This document shows, piece after piece, positions 1 through 9,521 of a stretch of DNA of 64,000 nt (position 1 is its first letter; every line of letters begins with the position of its first letter). The notes beneath the pieces are model-generated. The model had not been told where the DNA came from and made no database searches. It worked only from the letters and a program-made list of their open reading frames with translations. A program made the position numbers and the translations under genes. Origin of the DNA: Spirochaetia bacterium (GTDB lineage: Bacteria; Spirochaetota; Spirochaetia; CADAEX01); contig CAXXHA010000035.1 of NCBI GenBank assembly GCA_963662265.2, positions 96,001-160,000 on the forward strand, written 5' to 3'.

Positions 1-8
1 GAAACGGA

Positions 9-347
9 ATGGGGCCTGATAATATGGGACCCGGAACAGGAAGAAGAATGGGATACTGTGCAGGTTATGACAGACCCGGATGTTATAATTATTTCGAAGG
101 AGGCTCTCGAGGCCGCAGGCAGAATGCCGGGTTCTCCCAGAGGGCTTACGGGGGAAGAAGAGGTCCCGGGTATGGAGGCAGGTTTAACTTCCCCGGATTT
201 GAAAGTTTCAGGAGGGGTTTTGATGAACGTGACAATGCAGGGGAACTTGATTTTCTAAAAAATCAGGCCGAAGACCTTGAAACAGAACTTGCTGCAGTGC
301 AGGAAAGAATTCGTATTTTGGAGGAGGATACTTCCATACAGGATTGA
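9..347 (+). CDS. DUF5320-family Gly/Arg-rich protein (true start probably upstream of the window)
   Basis: GPxxMGPGTGRRMGYCAGY motif, Gly/Arg-rich middle, C-terminal coiled coil ELDFLKNQAEDLETEL; the frame is open to the window edge. Confidence 0.8.
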   Translation: MGPDNMGPGTGRRMGYCAGYDRPGCYNYFEGGSRGRRQNAGFSQRAYGGRRGPGYGGRFNFPGFESFRRGFDERDNAGELDFLKNQAEDLETELAAVQERIRILEEDTSIQD

Positions 348-366
348 ATGTTTTCTTATTTGAATT

Positions 367-396
367 AAACCGGATAATACAATATCCGGTTTTTTT
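367..396 (+). terminator. Intrinsic terminator
   Basis: AAACCGGATA/TATCCGGTTT stem followed by a T-run, 20 nt after the stop codon. Confidence 0.8.
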
Positions 397-751
397 ATGT
401 TTTCAGAGTTAAACTGGTTTTAAATTCTAAAGGCAGGTTTCATGCAGAACATGCTTATCATCTACAGCTGCACCTGTTTTTGCTGGCTGGTTATCTTCTG
501 TCATCCTGTAAGCGGCTGCCTGCAGTATTCCTCCGTGGTATATCCCTGCCGGCAGAAGCGGGATTGTCGGTTTACTGGTTCATTAATTTCGGTAAATTAA
601 GAACATGTATCAAAGCAAAAATTTTAAAAATCAGTTTTAGATGGGAAATCAGGGATATTTTCTGAAAAAAACCTTTAGCAGCTCCTGAGATACCCGGAAT
701 TTGGAAAAAATATTTCAGAAATAGTATAATTAATGTAAGAGGGTTCTGAAA

Positions 752-1225
752 ATGTCTGATAGTCCTCTTACAGGTATCCAGTCAGTTTCTCACATTTATT
801 ACAGTTATGAGGGGCCCCGTTATTATCTTGAGGAAGAATCAAAGCGAGTCGAAGAGATTATTGAAGAGGAAAAACTTCGTGAATTAAAGGCTGCTGAAGA
901 GGGAAAAAGGATTGAAGAAGAGAAACTCCTCGAAGAAGCCTTATATTCGGAAAAACTCAGGGAAGAGGAAATCCTTCAGCAGCAGAAAAAAACTGAAGAA
1001 GAATCATTTAAGCAGATCAGAGAAGCTTCTCTGAAAGAAATAGAAAGGTGGATTGATTTCGAAATGATCAGGCAGCTGGAACAGCGCCAGGGGGAAAAAG
1101 AGGCCCGGATTCTTGAAGATCTGGAAAGAGAGCGGATAGCATCGGAAAGTACTGCATCTGGACTCTCTGAGTATCTGCCTCATGAAGAGGTCTATTCCGG
1201 AATAAATATAAATCTACTTGCGTAA
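752..1225 (+). CDS. Hypothetical Glu-rich coiled-coil protein
   Basis: 157-aa ORF, GAGG ribosome site, E/K/R-rich helical composition. Confidence 0.6.
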   Translation: MSDSPLTGIQSVSHIYYSYEGPRYYLEEESKRVEEIIEEEKLRELKAAEEGKRIEEEKLLEEALYSEKLREEEILQQQKKTEEESFKQIREASLKEIERWIDFEMIRQLEQRQGEKEARILEDLERERIASESTASGLSEYLPHEEVYSGININLLA

Positions 1226-1448
1226 CTGTCTCAGAAATCCCTCAGTGCCGTGTATCTTCCTGTCAGGGATGTTTCTCTTTTAATATTTTTCACTAATTCC
1301 GCATATTTTAAATAATTACCCTGTTGTAAAGACTTCCGGGACTATGTATAACAAAAAAGTATAACTCATATAAAAAACTTGACAGATTTGAATTTATGTA
1401 TATATCATATAGTTATAAAGCTTATAAGTTTAAAGATTTGTTAGGAGG

Positions 1449-2426
1449 ATGCAGGTCGTGGAAATGAAGACCGGAAAATCTGTCAAACCGGCAGATTCAT
1501 CATCAGTACCCAGGTTTGCTGGTATTAAAACATTTATGAGACTTCCCTATGAAAGGGATGTTGAGGGGCTTGATTTTGCCGTAATGGGGCTGCCGTTTGA
1601 TACAGGTTCAACCTACAGGATAGGGGCGAGATTCGGGCCGGAGGCTGTCAGGAGCATAAGTGCTGTTATTAAACCGTACAATGCTTATCACAAAATAAAT
1701 ATATTTGATTACATTTCAGGTGTTGATTACGGGGATCTTAATGTTCTTCCAGGATATATAATGGATACGTATGAGGCTGTTTCTGAGGAAATGAAGTTGT
1801 TTGTTGAAAATAATGTAATTCCTGTAGTTATAGGGGGGGACCACTCGGTTACTGTGCCTCAGCTGAGGGCTCTCTGTGAAAAACACGGACCTGTTGCACT
1901 TGTTCATTTCGATGCACATCTTGATACAGCAGATTCATACTTCGGTAAGAAATATACTCACGGCACTCCCTTTTCAAGGGCATATGATGAAGGGCTTCTT
2001 ATACCTGAAAAAGTGATTCAGGTAGGGATGAGGGGAACTTATTACGGAGAACACTCTCTCAAAGAGTCTACTGACAGGGGATTTACTGTAGTTTCTGCTG
2101 AAGAAGCTTTTGATATGGGACTTGATAATCTTCTCAGGATGATTCATGAGAAAGTCGGGGATGCGAAGGTCTTTGTAACTTTCGATGTAGATGCATGCGA
2201 TCCTGCATATGCACCGGGAACCGGAACACTTATTCCAGGCGGTTTTACATCCCGTGAAGCCATGAAACTTATCAGGGGCCTTTCAGGACTCAACTTTGTG
2301 GGGTTTGATGTTGTTGAGGTCCTTCCGGATCTCGATCCGAGCAACATAACATCGTGCCTCGCATCAAATATTGTATTTGAATATCTGACGCTTATTGCGC
2401 TTCAGAAAAAAAATCAGAACTGCTGA
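1449..2426 (+). CDS. speB: Agmatinase / ureohydrolase family (start may be GTG 1458)
   Basis: GARFGP, GGDHS, DAHLD, HGTPF and TFDVDACDPAYAPGTGT Mn-binding motifs; AGGAGG at 1443-1448. Confidence 0.9.
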   Translation: MQVVEMKTGKSVKPADSSSVPRFAGIKTFMRLPYERDVEGLDFAVMGLPFDTGSTYRIGARFGPEAVRSISAVIKPYNAYHKINIFDYISGVDYGDLNVLPGYIMDTYEAVSEEMKLFVENNVIPVVIGGDHSVTVPQLRALCEKHGPVALVHFDAHLDTADSYFGKKYTHGTPFSRAYDEGLLIPEKVIQVGMRGTYYGEHSLKESTDRGFTVVSAEEAFDMGLDNLLRMIHEKVGDAKVFVTFDVDACDPAYAPGTGTLIPGGFTSREAMKLIRGLSGLNFVGFDVVEVLPDLDPSNITSCLASNIVFEYLTLIALQKKNQNC

Positions 2427-2590
2427 AAACCCTGTTTTCAGCATAGCGACAGAGACTTTCTCGAAGAGAAAGTGCTCGAAAGCGAATTAGAACTGCTGAA
2501 AACCCTGTTATCAGCACAGTATAGAGATTTTTCTGAAAGAAAAGTGCTCGAGAAGGCATGCACTTCCTGGAAGGAAGTGCCTGAAAGTGA
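2416..2590. repeat. 73-nt tandem duplication plus three REP-like hairpins
   Basis: AGAACTGCTGAAAACCCTGTTWTCAGCA at 2416 and 2489; hairpins GAG-ACTTTCTC-GAA-GAGAAAGT-G-CTC and variants. Confidence 0.85.
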
Positions 2591-2607
2591 ATCAGGAGTT
2601 ATAATTA

Positions 2608-3357
2608 TCAAATAATTCTTTCCGGAAAGAGATCAAGCAGTTCTGTCAGTGATTCAATAATCATATCAGGCTTGTGTTCCTTTTTTTCCATCTGTTTATC
2701 TGTCAGTTTCTTTGTCCTGAGAATAATAGAAAGTGCATATCCTGCATCTCTTGGCCCCTGGATATCCCTGTTAGGCTGATCACCTATATAAACAGCATTT
2801 TCCGGTTTTATATCAAAGCCTTTTAACCCAAGCTCAAATAATTTTTTACCTGGTTTTCTGATTCCCTCTTCCGATGAAAGAACTACAGTATCGAACAGCC
2901 CTTCAAGCCCCCCCTCAAGTATTTCCTGATGCACCAGTGGCCTGCTCCATGTATTGCTGATCAGGCCGACTATATATCCTCTTTTTTTCAGGGTGGTTAA
3001 GATTTCTTTTATATTTTTATCAGTTTTTCTTCTTCCTTTGGCTTCAAAGTAGAGAAGTGTGAGCTCTTCTGCTATTGGCTTAAGTACTTCCTCAGGTACT
3101 TCGGGAAGTATCCATCCCGGCCAGACCTTGTCTGCTGTATATTCTATCAGGGATTCCATTCCCCACTTCTTGTATTCATCCTCTCCTGCCAGAAGCCTCT
3201 TCATAAATTTACTGCAGTCCTCATTAAGGCCTGTCATTTTCATTATTTTAGTGAGGTTTGCCTCCCCGTCATCAGGCAGCGGTATTCTTTCTTTCATTAC
3301 AACCCCGCCCTGGTCAAAGTAAATTGCTTTGATATCCTTTTTTTCTGTTATTTTCAT
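2608..3357 (-). CDS. HAD-superfamily hydrolase (subfamily IA)
   Basis: FDQGGV (motif I, second Asp replaced by Gly), LISN, RKP, YIGDQPNRDI. Confidence 0.85.
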   Translation of the reverse strand: MKITEKKDIKAIYFDQGGVVMKERIPLPDDGEANLTKIMKMTGLNEDCSKFMKRLLAGEDEYKKWGMESLIEYTADKVWPGWILPEVPEEVLKPIAEELTLLYFEAKGRRKTDKNIKEILTTLKKRGYIVGLISNTWSRPLVHQEILEGGLEGLFDTVVLSSEEGIRKPGKKLFELGLKGFDIKPENAVYIGDQPNRDIQGPRDAGYALSIILRTKKLTDKQMEKKEHKPDMIIESLTELLDLFPERII

Positions 3358-3630
3358 TGTTCAGTTCCAGATTTAGTATGATTTAGTGGTTTATTATACA
3401 ACATAAAACCCATAAATGAAAAAAAATTTTAAAAAAAATAATAAAATGAAATAAATATTGCAGAAAATTCCTGTTTTCTGTGAAACAATGCATTGTTATT
3501 CAGAAAAATGTTGAAACGCTTTACTGTATCCAGTCCGGATACTTCAAATCAGCAGGGAATTATTCCGGTAAGCCTGAATGTTATATATTCCCAAGTTGAT
3601 AAAAAAAATTATAAGCCTTATAATCCCATT

Positions 3631-4533
3631 ATGAATTTGCATCATCTGAAAACTTTTTATCTTACAGCAAAACATTCCAGCGTTTCCCAGGCTGCCAGGG
3701 AGATGAATATTGCCCAGCCTGCAGCAACAAGGCATCTCAAGGAACTTCAGAATAAAATTGATATTGTTCTTTTCAACAACAGGGGAAAAAAGCTGTATCT
3801 TACAAATGAAGGGAAAATTCTCTATGAAAAAACCAGGCGTCTCTTTAAAGAGGAAGCAGATATAGAGGTTGCAATTAATGAAATAAAACGGTTCAGGAAA
3901 GGGCTTATATCTCTTTCATCACAGGCTACTTTTGCAGATTATTATTTTCATGAAGTGCTTCTCGATTTTTATGAAAAATGCCCCGATATTGCTCTTACTG
4001 TTTCGACATTTTTAAGCGATGCAGATGTACTGAACAGTATCGAAAAAATGGATTATGACCTGGGGATTGTCTCTTCAAGGCCAGAATCAAAAGTACTTAA
4101 AAGCAGGAAAATATATACAGCAAGGCAGTACCTGATAGTTCCTCCCAGCCACAGGCTTGCAGATAAAGAACTTATCAGTCCTGAAATGATTCATGATGAA
4201 GTTTTCATACTCCCTGAAAAATCGACAAAGAGCCGCAGCCTTATTGATGATTATTTCAGTCATAATGGGATAAATGCCAATGTCCTCTATGAGCTTGGCC
4301 ACACAAATCCTATAGTCAATATAGTTAAAAACAATATCGGAATATCAATTACATACCGTAAAACAGTGCTTAACGCTGTGGCAAGCGGCGATGTCTGTAT
4401 GATTCCTCTCGAAGATCCGGAAAAGCTGCTTTCGCGTGATTTCTACCTTATATATAACAAGGAAAAATATATTTCAGAAATTATTCAGAATTTAATCGAT
4501 ACAATTGATACCTGGGCCGGGAAGGTGAAATAA
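3631..4533 (+). CDS. LysR-family transcriptional regulator
   Basis: MNLHHLKTFY...SVSQAAREMNIAQPAATRHLKELQ helix-turn-helix; start moved from 3493 to ATG 3631. Confidence 0.9.
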   Translation: MNLHHLKTFYLTAKHSSVSQAAREMNIAQPAATRHLKELQNKIDIVLFNNRGKKLYLTNEGKILYEKTRRLFKEEADIEVAINEIKRFRKGLISLSSQATFADYYFHEVLLDFYEKCPDIALTVSTFLSDADVLNSIEKMDYDLGIVSSRPESKVLKSRKIYTARQYLIVPPSHRLADKELISPEMIHDEVFILPEKSTKSRSLIDDYFSHNGINANVLYELGHTNPIVNIVKNNIGISITYRKTVLNAVASGDVCMIPLEDPEKLLSRDFYLIYNKEKYISEIIQNLIDTIDTWAGKVK

Positions 4534-4651
4534 TCATAAAACCGGAGAATATTGATTGTTTTTAACTGATTAATCAGGCTGGAAATAATTAACAATTTAA
4601 TATTTGTGAGAGCTTTTTATTCAATAGGCAGGAATAATCAGAGGATTTATT

Positions 4652-5866
4652 ATGGATAATGTTGTAGTTGTCGGCGGAGGTGCTGCAGGGCTTATCTGCT
4701 CTGTTCTGCTGGTAAGGAATAATATAAGGGTCGAGGTTTTTGACCGCATGGATTCGCCGGGAAGGAAACTGATTCTTGCGGGAATGAGCGGGCTGAATTT
4801 TACAAATATCCTTGATCCTGACATGTTTGCTTCCCGTTACAGGTTGAATGAGGCTTTTTTCAGTGAACTTCTGAAAAAGCATTCTCCTGAAAATTTCATC
4901 AGCTTTTTTAATGACCTGGGCATTGAAACATTTACAGGATCAAGCGGGAAGGTCTTTCCCGTATCTATGAAAGCGGATGAGGTCCTTGAAAAAATAATTT
5001 CCTATCTTGAAACTTCCTCTTTATTCAGTTTTTACGGGAATCACCGTCTTGTTGAAATTGATTCGGAAAGTAATCTTGTGTTTGAAACTGATGCTGGGAA
5101 CAGGAAAGTAAATTCTGAAACAGTTGTTTTTGCCCTTGGAGGAGGAAGCCGGTCAAACACAGGTTCAGACGGTAAATGGACAGATTTTTTTGATAAAAAG
5201 GGAATTCATACAGTTCCTCTTGAACCTTCAAACTGCGGATTTGAAGTGCAGTGGACAGAAACTTTCAAAAAGTCTCTTGAATCATGTGTACCGCTTAAAA
5301 ACATATCTTTGCATCTTGGAAAAGAATTATCCAGGAATGAGGTCCTGCTGACTGGATACGGAATAGAAGGGAGCGGTATATACTGTCTTGGCGGCATGAT
5401 CAGGGAAAAAATTAAATCGGAAGGCGAATGTACTGTATTTATTGATATAATACCTGATCTGTCAGCAGAAAAGATCAGGGAAAAGCTGAAAAAACCCCGG
5501 GGTAAAAATTCCCTGTCAAATTACCTGAGAAAATCATTGTCTGTAAATCCTGTCAAGTTTCGTCTCATCAGGGAACTTCTCTCCATGGAACAGTTTACTC
5601 ATCTTGTTGATAATCCTGGTATTTTGAAGAATATGCCTTTAACAATCAGCGGGATAAGGCCGCTTGAAGAGGCGATATCCAGCTCCGGAGGGGTTGATAT
5701 GGCAGAAATCAATGAAAATATGATGCTTAAGAAAATCCCCGGATTCTATGTCATCGGAGAAATGGCTGACTGGGATGCCCCTACCGGGGGGTATCTTCTG
5801 CAGGGGTGTTTCTCTACAGCATCGGCTGCTGTAGAGAATATTATTGATTATTTTAAAAATATTTGA
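4652..5866 (+). CDS. HI0933/BaiN-family flavoprotein
   Basis: GGGAAG, GRKLILAG..GLNFTN, GSSGKVFP, AISSSGGV, GEMADWDAPTGGYLLQ. Confidence 0.9.
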   Translation: MDNVVVVGGGAAGLICSVLLVRNNIRVEVFDRMDSPGRKLILAGMSGLNFTNILDPDMFASRYRLNEAFFSELLKKHSPENFISFFNDLGIETFTGSSGKVFPVSMKADEVLEKIISYLETSSLFSFYGNHRLVEIDSESNLVFETDAGNRKVNSETVVFALGGGSRSNTGSDGKWTDFFDKKGIHTVPLEPSNCGFEVQWTETFKKSLESCVPLKNISLHLGKELSRNEVLLTGYGIEGSGIYCLGGMIREKIKSEGECTVFIDIIPDLSAEKIREKLKKPRGKNSLSNYLRKSLSVNPVKFRLIRELLSMEQFTHLVDNPGILKNMPLTISGIRPLEEAISSSGGVDMAEINENMMLKKIPGFYVIGEMADWDAPTGGYLLQGCFSTASAAVENIIDYFKNI

Positions 5867-5880
5867 TTCTGAAGTATTTA

Positions 5881-6570
5881 TCAGGCTGTAAGCAGTGATT
5901 CTCCAATCATTTCCTTTGATTCATTATTGAGAAGAAACTGTGCAAAATCTTTCGATGATTCAAAAATCCTGTCAGTTATAATTCCTCCCCGGGCAAGGTC
6001 CTGGTACTGATGAAAATCTGAGCCGGAAAGCATTCTAAGCTTGTTTTTCCGGGCATGATTGAAAGCTTTCATGTTTTTTGAATCATGCCTGGGATTTCCG
6101 TTTATAACTTCTATACCGTCAAGATATTCATTTTTCTCCACTTCCATTTCAGGTCTGAACGGATGTGCCTGGAAAAATGCTATCCCTTTTCCCTGTTTCA
6201 GTTCAGCAAATTTTTCAGGCGTCATTTTATAGAGTTCGGGGTTGTCATAGAGAAAATCCTCATCAATTCCGTAAACAAGAAAATCGTTCGGATGGTTGCT
6301 GAATCTCAGTTCGATCCCGAGAAGAACATTAAGGCCTGCTTTCTGCCCTGCTTTTCTTGCAGCTCTGTAGCCGGTTAGGTATGAATCGATTTTTTCCTTC
6401 CAGCTGTCTGATTCCAGGGACTCGAAATAGCTTGAAAAATAGTGATCTGTAATTACAATAGCGTCATAATCCCTGTCTTTGTAAAGTCTGACAATTTCTT
6501 CTGCATTAACTCTGCCGCAAGGGCTTACTTCTGCAGTGTGGACATGTGTATCTGTTTTGTATTTGATAAT
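5881..6570 (-). CDS. PHP-domain metallo-phosphoesterase with a probable non-canonical ATT/ATC start
   Basis: The frame of track ORF 5881..6225 stays open to 6627 and encodes KYKTDTHVHT, ITDH, GIELRF, AHPFR, GSDFH; GGAG lies 5 nt before ATT 6570. Confidence 0.85.
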   Translation of the reverse strand: MIKYKTDTHVHTAEVSPCGRVNAEEIVRLYKDRDYDAIVITDHYFSSYFESLESDSWKEKIDSYLTGYRAARKAGQKAGLNVLLGIELRFSNHPNDFLVYGIDEDFLYDNPELYKMTPEKFAELKQGKGIAFFQAHPFRPEMEVEKNEYLDGIEVINGNPRHDSKNMKAFNHARKNKLRMLSGSDFHQYQDLARGGIITDRIFESSKDFAQFLLNNESKEMIGESLLTA

Positions 6571-6771
6571 TCGGTCTCCGGTAATAAAATTATATGGAAA
6601 AACATATATACAGCAGGCTATTATTAATTAAGAGCAGAGTCAAGAAATATGCTGCCTGTAAAGAATGAAGCTGTTTGATGCTGTTTTCTGAAATGTTTAT
6701 CTGCGAATTACCAGATATTGTTATATTAATTGTAACCGCCAGATATATTCTCAGCAGATTCTGAAAAGGTT

Positions 6772-8007
6772 TTAGAAAGAAAGATATTTTGAAAAGTAAT
6801 TTTCTATTGCAAAAGAGCCGCTTCCCCTCATAACAGATTCCTGTCCTGAATTAGACTCGGAATATATGATATTGATATTTTTATCAAGCCTCAGAAGGGA
6901 TACGCTGTTGACCTTGCTGTTGAGGTTGTCTCTGAAATAAGTTCCTGCCTTTGCATAGTCGCCGCCGAGAAATATTGCATCTGGATCGTAAATCATACAG
7001 ATATTTGAAATAGCAGTTGCAAACCAGTTTGTAACTTCATCTATTAATTTGCATGCAAGGGGGTCCTTTCTGTTTGATGCCCTGAATATATCATAAATAT
7101 CGGGGTTTTCTTCTGATGTGAAAACAGCGGAATCCGGATACTCTTCTCTCAGTTTCTTTGCTTTCTTTATGATTCTGTTGAAATCAATCATCATTTCGAG
7201 ACATCCCTTGCCTCCGCAGAAGCATGTCTCTGTGTCGAAGGGATTCACTATGATATGCCCGATTTCTCCGGATAAATGGTTTTTCCCCCTGTATAATGTG
7301 CCGTCTGTGACAAGCCCTGAAACTATGCCGTGCCACCCCGCATCAATAACAATATAGTTATGTATGGAATTGTCTTTTATATTCAGTTTTTCTCCGAAAG
7401 CCTTGAATCTTATCCAGCTTTCTATTTCAACCGGAATATTCCTGTCAATTTTATCTGAAATAAGTTTTGTGAAATTTATATGGTTTCCCCAGGAAGGGTA
7501 GTGTGACGATGTAAGTACAATGCCGTTGTCTGAATCGACTATGGCATGTATTGCAACAGAAACACCTCTTATTTTTCTCTTTTCACTGAACATCTGTTCT
7601 TTGTTATTGATTGATTCTGTTATTATAGCTATCACATTGTGAATGTTCTCATCTTCATGAACGGAAAATACCCTTTCCAGCTGCATTTCCAGAGCCATAT
7701 TGTATATCTTGAGGACTATTGAACTGTATTTTATGTAGTAGCAGAAAATAACACCGGAATTCTTATTGAAAGCATAAAGTTCCGGTCTTTTCCCCCCCTC
7801 ATCGGTTGAAGTTCCCTTTCCTACAGATCCGATCAGGTTTTTCTGGATCAGTTTTTCATTCAGCTTCATCACAGTTGTTCTGCTGAGTTTTACTTTTTTA
7901 GTCAGCTCGGCAACAGTCATTTCCTGGTTGTTTCTGTAAATATCGAGAATGATTTTCAGATTATTTTTTCTTATTGTTTTCGGCTTGTTGCCTGCTGCCC
8001 GGGTCAT
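6772..8007 (-). CDS. ROK-family transcriptional regulator
   Basis: N-terminal HTH, GGKRP, GEIGH...CFCGGKGCLE. Confidence 0.9.
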   Translation of the reverse strand: MTRAAGNKPKTIRKNNLKIILDIYRNNQEMTVAELTKKVKLSRTTVMKLNEKLIQKNLIGSVGKGTSTDEGGKRPELYAFNKNSGVIFCYYIKYSSIVLKIYNMALEMQLERVFSVHEDENIHNVIAIITESINNKEQMFSEKRKIRGVSVAIHAIVDSDNGIVLTSSHYPSWGNHINFTKLISDKIDRNIPVEIESWIRFKAFGEKLNIKDNSIHNYIVIDAGWHGIVSGLVTDGTLYRGKNHLSGEIGHIIVNPFDTETCFCGGKGCLEMMIDFNRIIKKAKKLREEYPDSAVFTSEENPDIYDIFRASNRKDPLACKLIDEVTNWFATAISNICMIYDPDAIFLGGDYAKAGTYFRDNLNSKVNSVSLLRLDKNINIIYSESNSGQESVMRGSGSFAIENYFSKYLSF

Positions 8008-8088
8008 GAACGTGATTATAGCACCTCTTTTTGGAAAAAACAAGCAAAGATATGCAATAAAGTTGCGTAACTGTGTTGTATAAAACTG

Positions 8089-8123
8089 TTGACAAATAAA
8101 AATTGTATGTTACAATTTTTATT
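8089..8123 (+). promoter_or_regulatory. Sigma70 promoter overlapped by a perfect 13-bp inverted repeat (candidate operator)
   Basis: TTGACA-16-TACAAT with extended TG; AATAAAAATTGTA-TGT-TACAATTTTTATT. Confidence 0.6.
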
Positions 8124-8528
8124 GTCTGAAAAACTGAACATTGTTATAGAAATACTGAATATCGAGTCATAAAAGCTTATTGATGTGTTTTTCTGTACTG
8201 CTTCAGATTTGCAAGGCTTGAAAACAGAAATTCAGGAAGGCTGAGATTTGAGACCTGAGGATGAAGTCTTTAAAAGTGCCTGCTGATATAAACTGTTTTC
8301 TAACACAATTCATATACTGAAAAAAATTTGAAATTCTCGAAGCAATTGAGAATACTATTAATTATGTAACTAAGTAATGAAACTATAAAAGTGATTGTCC
8401 GGTCAGTTACTTTATAGCTGCGCCTGATAAACAACTTCGAATGAAAACAGTATTAGCAGGTGCGGAATAATTACTTTTTTTATTTAAAAAGCTCCATGGG
8501 AGCACGAAAATCTAAGGAGGATTTTTTA

Positions 8529-9461
8529 ATGAAAAAGAAGATTCTGGTTATGTTTCTACTTGTTGCTCTTCTGGCACCTGTTTTTGCAGGGGGACAGAAA
8601 GAAAAGAAGGTAAAAGTTGGTATTTCAATGGCATTGTTTGCCGACAATTTCCTTACATATTTAAGAGAAGCAATGGAAGACTATGCGGATGGTGTTGAAG
8701 ATCTCGAGGTTTTTTCAGAAGATGCAAAAGGTGATGTAGGAAGACAGCTCGGACAGGTCGAAAACTTTATTGCTCAGGGATATGATGCAATTATCGTTAA
8801 CCCTGCTGATACAGAAGCAACATCTCAGATTACAAAAAAATGCCAGGAAGCTGGTATACCTGTTGTTTATGTAAACAGGGCACCTGAAGACGGCCTTCCT
8901 GAAGGAACTTACTATGTAGGTTCTGATGAAGTTGTTGCCGGCAGAGAACAGGCTAAGGTTCTTGCTGATAAAATGGGCGGCAAAGGTAATGTTGTAATAA
9001 TGCTTGGCGAACTTGCACACAGCGGTACAAAAGGGAGAACCAAGGGAGTTAAAGAAATCCTTTCTGGATATCCTGATATCAAGATCATTGCTGAACAGAC
9101 AGCTCTTTTCCAGAGAGACAAAGGGCTTGACCTTATGAGTAACTGGCTGCTTGCAGGTCTTGAAATAGATGCAGTAGCTTCAAACAATGATGAAATGGCT
9201 ATTGGTGCAATCATGGCCCTCAAAAATTCAGGAAAAGTTCCTAACAAGGATGTATTTGTAGGCGGTGTTGATGCAACACCTGATGCTCTTGACTTTATTG
9301 AAAAAGGCGAACTCACTGTTTCTGTATTCCAGAATGCAAAGGGACAGGGTAGAGGAGCTATCGATGTAGCATATAAAGTAGTAAAAGGCGAAGCAGTAGA
9401 AAAAGAAACATGGATTCCTTTTGAACCTGTAACAGCAGAAAACTACAAAGACTATAAATAA
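8529..9461 (+). CDS. Sugar ABC transporter substrate-binding protein (inositol/rhizopine-like)
   Basis: Signal peptide VFAGGQKE; DNFLTYLR, VYVNR, YVGSDE, NNDEMAIGA periplasmic binding protein motifs. Confidence 0.9.
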   Translation: MKKKILVMFLLVALLAPVFAGGQKEKKVKVGISMALFADNFLTYLREAMEDYADGVEDLEVFSEDAKGDVGRQLGQVENFIAQGYDAIIVNPADTEATSQITKKCQEAGIPVVYVNRAPEDGLPEGTYYVGSDEVVAGREQAKVLADKMGGKGNVVIMLGELAHSGTKGRTKGVKEILSGYPDIKIIAEQTALFQRDKGLDLMSNWLLAGLEIDAVASNNDEMAIGAIMALKNSGKVPNKDVFVGGVDATPDALDFIEKGELTVSVFQNAKGQGRGAIDVAYKVVKGEAVEKETWIPFEPVTAENYKDYK

Positions 9462-9521
9462 TTATAACTAATTTTATAAAGAGCTTTTCATTTTTATGAA
9501 AGGCTCTTTCTTTATGAATTA

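Noticed and set aside
480-665. 61-aa ORF
   Set aside because: TTG start, no ribosome site and no recognisable motif.
2416-2590. Possible mini CRISPR array
   Set aside because: Only two repeat copies, the 'spacers' are similar to each other and palindromic, and there are no cas genes.
5881-6225. PHP fragment as a truncated pseudogene
   Set aside because: The upstream frame is open and keeps all N-terminal PHP motifs; only a canonical start codon is missing.
8239-8255. GGCTGAGATTTGAGACC as a sixth GlpP-type element
   Set aside because: Partial match only, and no terminator stem or T-run follows.
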